A DNA stretch of 11,440 nt from a bacterium (lineage in GTDB: Bacteria; RBG-13-61-14; DATKZS01): the NCBI GenBank assembly GCA_046484135.1, contig JAWOBU010000095.1, forward strand, positions 1 to 11,440. Reading direction: 5' to 3'. A program made the translations under genes and the position numbers. The notes under the pieces were generated by a model. That model did no database searches, was not told the origin of the DNA, and saw nothing but the letters and a program-made list of their open reading frames with translations. This document shows positions 6,627 to 11,440 of this stretch, in pieces (the first letter of the stretch is position 1; each line of letters begins with the position of its first letter).

Positions 6627-7667
6627 TCAAGAATCGGGAGGCGCTCCGTTTTCTTTTCGTCCCTCCTCTTGTTGCGAGCGGGACTTTCGGGCCTGGTCCG
6701 CGGAACTCAGGTAATCGCCGGACTTCTGCCATTTTTTTCTCGAGCGCCTCTTTCTTTCGAACAAGGGGTGAACCGTCCCGTCCGGCCGGCGGCGCCAGCG
6801 GCTGTGTGCCCACAGCCACTGCTCGGGCCGTTCCCGGATGGTCCGCTCGACCTCCGCTGCTATGGCCTGGGTAACGCGCCGGTTGTTTTCTTCCGGGTCG
6901 TCGGTAAGCTCGTACTGCAGTGGCTCGCGGAAGATAACGTGAAAGTGGCCCGGCTTGGTCCTTGGGATCCAGAAGGGGATGAGCGGTATGTCGTGTTTCC
7001 AGGCCAGGTAGCCGGGCACCACGTGGCTCAAGGCGTCTTTGCCGAAGAACTTGACGAATATGCCCTGGCTGCGTCGCGATTCCTGGTCCATGTAAAGACC
7101 GACCAGCTCGCCGTTATCTATGGCGTCCGTGATCTCCCGGCCGGTTCCGCGGGTGGTTACCACCTTGCCTTTGAACTTTCCCGCCAGGTAATGAAGAATG
7201 CCGTCCAGGTAAGGGTTCCGGAGGGGCCGGGCCACCATGTTCACCGCGGAAAGCTCGGGGAACATGGCCGGAGCAATGGACGGCAGGGTCCAGCCTCCGT
7301 AATGACCGCCGAACACGAAAAAGCCTCGTCCCTCGGCAATGTAGCGGTCCACTATCTCCTTGCCCTCCCAGGTGAAGCGCCGGTCGAACTGGGACATGAT
7401 CTTCTCGAGATGAAGAAGCTCGCCCATGGCCAGGAACAGGTTCTCCATGGAACGGAAGGCTATCCGCTCGCGCTCTTCCGGCGTGGTCTCGTCGCCCAGG
7501 GCGTGCTCCAGGTTCCAGAGCATGATCTTACGCCGCTTTCTGAGAAACGGATAGACGATCCTTACCAGGACCTTCATCCAGAAGAACGTAATCTCCGCGG
7601 GCACGATCCTGCCAATAACAAGGAAAAACTTAATCACTCCGTAGACTAAAAGATTGAGCGCTTTCAT
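6627..7667 (-). CDS. Lipid A biosynthesis acyltransferase (LpxL/HtrB family), 346 aa
   Basis: Motifs NLxxA, H-x-G-x-W, RPLRNP, DQ, FVKFFG and IRERPEQWLWAHSRWR. Sits directly downstream of lpxK. GAGGA at 7674-7678 favours ATG 7667 over TTG 7673. Confidence 0.88.
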   Translation of the reverse strand: MKALNLLVYGVIKFFLVIGRIVPAEITFFWMKVLVRIVYPFLRKRRKIMLWNLEHALGDETTPEERERIAFRSMENLFLAMGELLHLEKIMSQFDRRFTWEGKEIVDRYIAEGRGFFVFGGHYGGWTLPSIAPAMFPELSAVNMVARPLRNPYLDGILHYLAGKFKGKVVTTRGTGREITDAIDNGELVGLYMDQESRRSQGIFVKFFGKDALSHVVPGYLAWKHDIPLIPFWIPRTKPGHFHVIFREPLQYELTDDPEENNRRVTQAIAAEVERTIRERPEQWLWAHSRWRRRPDGTVHPLFERKRRSRKKWQKSGDYLSSADQARKSRSQQEEGRKENGAPPDS

Positions 7668-7681
7668 TTCCAATCCTCACT

Positions 7682-8767
7682 TCATCCTGGCGCTTTTCGT
7701 TCCAGTATCGTATTCATCAGCTCGTTTTCATCTCCCATAAAGTCCGGCTCGATTTTGAGCACGGCCAGTCTAACTCCCGCCAGCCGGGCCGGGTCTATCT
7801 TGACTGCGTCCTTCTCCGTGGTAACCAGCCTGGTTGCACCGGTTTCTTTCGCGAGAGCCGTAAGCTTTGCCAGGTCGCGCCCGCTGTAATAGTGATGGTC
7901 CGGGTAGTCCAATCGCCGGACCAGGTTTACACCGGCTTGGCCGAGGACCCTTTTGAAGCTTGCGGGGGTGCCGATACCTGAGAAAGCAATAGAAGGCTCA
8001 TCCAATGGTAATTCCTCCCCGGTTTGTGCGTCAAAGAGCCCGGCCTGACGATAACGCATGGCAAAGCGGGGCGTTTCCGGACATACGCTGGAGAGCCATT
8101 CCCACTGAGGCGTTTTTACGTTTTCACAGCGGGAGAAAACCAGGACGCCCGCCCGCCCGGCAGCGGATATCGGCTCCCGGAGCGGCCCGCGGGGAAGGAG
8201 GAACCGGTCGGCCGGGTCCGCGGTCGAGTCGAGAACCAAAATGTCCAGGTCGCGCTCGAGTGAGAGGTGCTGATACCCGTCGTCCAGAACCAGGTGAGTG
8301 CAGCCCAAGTTCTCCGCCATGGCCGCCCCCTTTACGCGGTCGCAAGCCACTATGACCGGGCAGCAGAGCTTCAGAGCCAGAAGATACGCCTCGTCCCCTG
8401 CGGAAGCCGCGTCCATGCAAGGCCCGTTACCTTCTGAAACAACATGGGGACCGCCTTTTTGGCTCCTCTTATAGCCCCGGAGAATGACAGCGGGCTTATA
8501 GCCCCTCTCTTCGATCATGGCTGCGATCCATGCCGCCAGGGTGGTCTTGCCGGTCCCGCCTACGGTAAGGTTTCCGGCCACTATCACGTAAGCCGAGCTC
8601 CGGAACCTGGATTTCCCGCCCGCCAGGTAGGAGCGCGTCCGGGCTTTCATGACTGATCCGTAAATATAAGATAGGCCCTCCAAAGGAAAAAGCGCGGCCC
8701 GCTGCCAGAGAGGCCCGCTTTTCGGCGGCCATAACCATGCCTCCCATCTTTTTTGCGCGGCCTTCAT
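7682..8767 (-). CDS. lpxK: Tetraacyldisaccharide 4'-kinase
   Basis: Motifs GNLTVGGTGKT, RGY, GDEA, LDDGYQH, LPRGPLREP, FSGIG, YPDHH and TTEKDAVK. Confidence 0.96.
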   Translation of the reverse strand: MKAAQKRWEAWLWPPKSGPLWQRAALFPLEGLSYIYGSVMKARTRSYLAGGKSRFRSSAYVIVAGNLTVGGTGKTTLAAWIAAMIEERGYKPAVILRGYKRSQKGGPHVVSEGNGPCMDAASAGDEAYLLALKLCCPVIVACDRVKGAAMAENLGCTHLVLDDGYQHLSLERDLDILVLDSTADPADRFLLPRGPLREPISAAGRAGVLVFSRCENVKTPQWEWLSSVCPETPRFAMRYRQAGLFDAQTGEELPLDEPSIAFSGIGTPASFKRVLGQAGVNLVRRLDYPDHHYYSGRDLAKLTALAKETGATRLVTTEKDAVKIDPARLAGVRLAVLKIEPDFMGDENELMNTILERKAPG

Positions 8768-8820
8768 GTTTTTCTTTCATCCCGGCCTTTTTCAACGGCG
8801 CGCCTCGCCGGCCGTCCTTC

Positions 8821-10662
8821 TCAGCTTTTGGCCTCGTCGCTCCGGCCGTCCCTTGCATCACCGTAGTGGTCGGTGGCGTACTCACCGAGGAAGAACTGCA
8901 TCTCGTAAAGCCTTTTGTACTCTCCCTCTCTCTGCATGAGCTCGCGATGGGTTCCCCATTCGATGGTCCTGCCGTTCTCGATGACCACTATCTTGTTGGC
9001 GTGAGTTATAGTGGACAGCCGGTGGGCGATGGCAATGGTGGTCCGGTTTTTCATGAGCTGTTCGAGAGCCTTCTGGACCTCCCTTTCCGCGGCGGTGTCA
9101 AGGGCGGAGGTCGCCTCGTCCAACAGCAGTATGGGCGGGTCCTTGAGCAGGGCCCGGGCAATGGCTATCCTCTGACGCTCTCCGCCGGAGAGACGCACTC
9201 CGCGTTCTCCTATGACGCTGTCGTAGCCTTGGGGCAGCTTCATGATAAACTCGTGGGCGAGAGCCGCCTTTGCCACGCTCTGGACTTCGTCAAAGCTTCT
9301 GTCCTGCGCGCCGTAGCGGATGTTGTCAGCCACGCTCTCGTTGAAAAGGAATGTCTCCTGGGTAACCACTCCTATCTGGAACCGGAGGCTGTTCAAGGTG
9401 GCTTTCCTGATGTCAATGCCGTCAATGGTGATCCTGCCTTCCGTTACGTCATAGAAGCGGGGCAGGAGGTTCACCACCGTGCTTTTGCCGGCTCCGGAGA
9501 CCCCCACCAGCGCTACCAGCTCTCCTTTTTTGGCTTCCAGGTTGAAGTCCTGAAGGACCATCTCGTCTTCGTAACAGAAGCTCACGTTCTCGTATCGGAT
9601 TCTGTCCTGCATGGGGGGGATTTCGATAGCGTCGGGAGCTTCTTTAACAGTGGTCTGTTTCTCGAAGGTCTCCTGTATTCTTTCGGCCGCTCCGTAAGCT
9701 GAGCTGAAGTGTCCGGTTATGGAGCCGAGCTTCCGGACGGGGTTAAACATGAGCCCGACCGCCACGATGTAAGAGGTCAGGTTTTCCATTGCGTCCGGGT
9801 TGTTCATGACCTGGTCAATGACCCTGGCGGCGGCGAAGTAGGCTATGATGGCCACCGGCAGGCTGGCTATAATGCCGAGAAGCGGAGAGATGAGGTGTTT
9901 TACCGCGGCGTACTTGAACTGGATGCGAAGGAGCTTGTTAACTGCTTTCCTGTAGCGCTTGACCTCTTTGTCCTCCATGGCGAATGCCTTGACCACCTGG
10001 GAGCCGGCATAGGTCTCCTGCATCATGGAGTTGATCGCCGCAGTCTGCACCAGTCCCTTTTTGGTGTAGCGCTTCATGCGGGTGCTCACGGCCTGGACCG
10101 CGTAGATGGTGGGCGGGAAGGATATAAAGGCCAGAAAGGACAGCACGGGTTCCATGTAGAAGCACACGGCAACGAGCCCGATAAGCTGGAACCCCTGGTG
10201 GAGCGAGTCCACTGCGTTGGGCACGATCCGGTGCATGTGCCCGACGTCGGTTACGGTCCTGGACATCATCTCGCCGGTGCTGGTCCTCTGGTAGTGGTAC
10301 ATGGAGAGGAACATGAAGTGCTCGTAAAGCGCGGTTTTTATGTCTCGGACCACCCGCAGGCAGAGCCTCTCCAGGATGTACTTATAGGAAAAGGTGAGCA
10401 CTCCCCGGTAGGTAAAGGCCACCACTATGGCCAGCGGAAGTACCCAAAGATACTTCCTTCCTATCTCCGGCTCGTCAAACAGGTAGTTCAAGGTGGGCTT
10501 GACCAGGTAGGCCATGCCCGGCTCGAACAGGGATGCGAACATGGACAGTACGATCACCAGGATGAGCCTGGACTTGTACTGCTTGAAGTAGGGCATCACG
10601 TAGTTCCACGTATTGCGGAACCTTCCGTCGAACTTGTCTTTTATTTTGTTTATGCCTTTCAA
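8821..10662 (-). CDS. msbA: Lipid A export ABC transporter permease/ATP-binding protein (MsbA-like)
   Basis: N-terminal TM domain plus NBD with GVSGAGKST, VTQE, LSGGERQR, LLLDEATSALD and IAHRLST. Lies just upstream of lpxK. The TTG start overlaps the upstream stop (TTGA), with GGAGGAG at 10668-10674. Confidence 0.9.
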   Translation of the reverse strand: MKGINKIKDKFDGRFRNTWNYVMPYFKQYKSRLILVIVLSMFASLFEPGMAYLVKPTLNYLFDEPEIGRKYLWVLPLAIVVAFTYRGVLTFSYKYILERLCLRVVRDIKTALYEHFMFLSMYHYQRTSTGEMMSRTVTDVGHMHRIVPNAVDSLHQGFQLIGLVAVCFYMEPVLSFLAFISFPPTIYAVQAVSTRMKRYTKKGLVQTAAINSMMQETYAGSQVVKAFAMEDKEVKRYRKAVNKLLRIQFKYAAVKHLISPLLGIIASLPVAIIAYFAAARVIDQVMNNPDAMENLTSYIVAVGLMFNPVRKLGSITGHFSSAYGAAERIQETFEKQTTVKEAPDAIEIPPMQDRIRYENVSFCYEDEMVLQDFNLEAKKGELVALVGVSGAGKSTVVNLLPRFYDVTEGRITIDGIDIRKATLNSLRFQIGVVTQETFLFNESVADNIRYGAQDRSFDEVQSVAKAALAHEFIMKLPQGYDSVIGERGVRLSGGERQRIAIARALLKDPPILLLDEATSALDTAAEREVQKALEQLMKNRTTIAIAHRLSTITHANKIVVIENGRTIEWGTHRELMQREGEYKRLYEMQFFLGEYATDHYGDARDGRSDEAKS

Positions 10663-11440
10663 TCAAGCTCCTCCGGCCGGGGCGTTCTCGCGATGTGATC
10701 GAGGATTTGAAGCGAGACCTCGAGGGCCCGCCTTCCCTGGGACCCGCTGACCTTGGGCTCGCGTCGGTGCCGGACGCAGCTTAAGAACTCCTTGATCTCC
10801 TGTTCGAGCGCGTCCTGTCTGTCCAGCTCGATCTGCTCGACCCGGATTCTTGACATGGGGTCTTGTGATGGTCCTTCTCCCAGGGTAAAGATGGCCATTT
10901 TCTGGGCCTGAGTGTCAATGCTGGTGTAGGAGGAGTGCTGGAAAATCCTTATTTTCCTGATGGCCTCTCCCAGGGACACCCTGCTGGCGGTGAGGTTTGC
11001 CACCGCTCCGTTTTCGAACTCGAGCCTTGCATTGGCGAGGTCCACCTTGTCGGAGAGCACCGGCACTCCAATGGCCGAGATTCTCTTTAGAGGGGCATCC
11101 ACGAACCCGAGCACTATGTCCACGTCATGTATCATGAGGTCCAGGACCACGTCTATATTGGCGGCCCGCTCCCGGAAAGGCCCGAGCCTCTCCGCCTGGA
11201 TGAAAGCGGGCTTTACCAGTGTGTCCTCCAGTTTCCGCAAAGGAGGGTTGAACCGCTCCAGGTGCCCGGCCATGAATATCCTTTTCTTTTCTGCGGCCAG
11301 GCCGATAAGCAGGTCCGCTTCCTCGAGGGTCTGAGTGACCGGCTTTTCCAAAAGGATGTCCAGGCCCGCCTCGAGGCAGTCGCGGGCCACCCCGTAATGG
11401 AGCGGAGTGGGCACGACTATGGACACCGCGTCCACCTCGG
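10659..11440 (-). CDS. Gfo/Idh/MocA oxidoreductase, GnnA-like (putative UDP-GlcNAc 3-dehydrogenase), 5'-truncated
   Basis: Motifs DAVSIVVPTPLH, LLEKP, GHLERFNP, DVVLDLMIHD and NLTASRVS. The frame is open to the window edge and the Rossmann GxGxxG N-terminus is not present in the window. Coupled to msbA. Confidence 0.88.
   Translation of the reverse strand, partial: EVDAVSIVVPTPLHYGVARDCLEAGLDILLEKPVTQTLEEADLLIGLAAEKKRIFMAGHLERFNPPLRKLEDTLVKPAFIQAERLGPFRERAANIDVVLDLMIHDVDIVLGFVDAPLKRISAIGVPVLSDKVDLANARLEFENGAVANLTASRVSLGEAIRKIRIFQHSSYTSIDTQAQKMAIFTLGEGPSQDPMSRIRVEQIELDRQDALEQEIKEFLSCVRHRREPKVSGSQGRRALEVSLQILDHIARTPRPEELD

Noticed and set aside
8785..8820. GC-rich stem between msbA and lpxK
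   Set aside because: It has no U-tract on the - strand, and such stems are common by chance at this GC content.
2727..10698. Long + strand ORFs antisense to real genes (e.g. 2727-3470, 4635-5600, 6669-7649, 8737-9702, 9709-10698)
   Set aside because: These are shadow ORFs expected from high-GC codon bias. They have no recognisable motifs and lie opposite well-supported genes.

Overview
This is a GC-rich, gene-dense window from a Gram-negative bacterium. Gene content and order suggest a deltaproteobacterial-type lineage, which is inference only. On the + strand is a translationally coupled run: an outer-membrane beta-barrel protein (5'-truncated), truA, and a helical lipoprotein. On the - strand, reading from the right edge, is a lipid A cluster: a GnnA-like Gfo/Idh/MocA dehydrogenase (5'-truncated), msbA, lpxK and an LpxL/HtrB-family acyltransferase. 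After a 142-bp structured gap comes a second unit: MoxR AAA+ ATPase, TRAP dctQ, TRAP dctM, and an exported beta-propeller protein. The two arms converge on an AT-rich intergenic region holding a ~262-bp element of nested inverted repeats (MITE/REPIN-like). The main oddities are: (1) a TRAP Q/M pair with no adjacent substrate-binding protein, flanked by a partnerless MoxR and a beta-propeller; (2) a ~60-aa, two-helix insertion in DctM; (3) an acyltransferase whose H-x4-D/E motif reads HYGGWT; (4) a lipid A cluster with no lpxB or waaA in their common slots; and (5) the nested-IR element.
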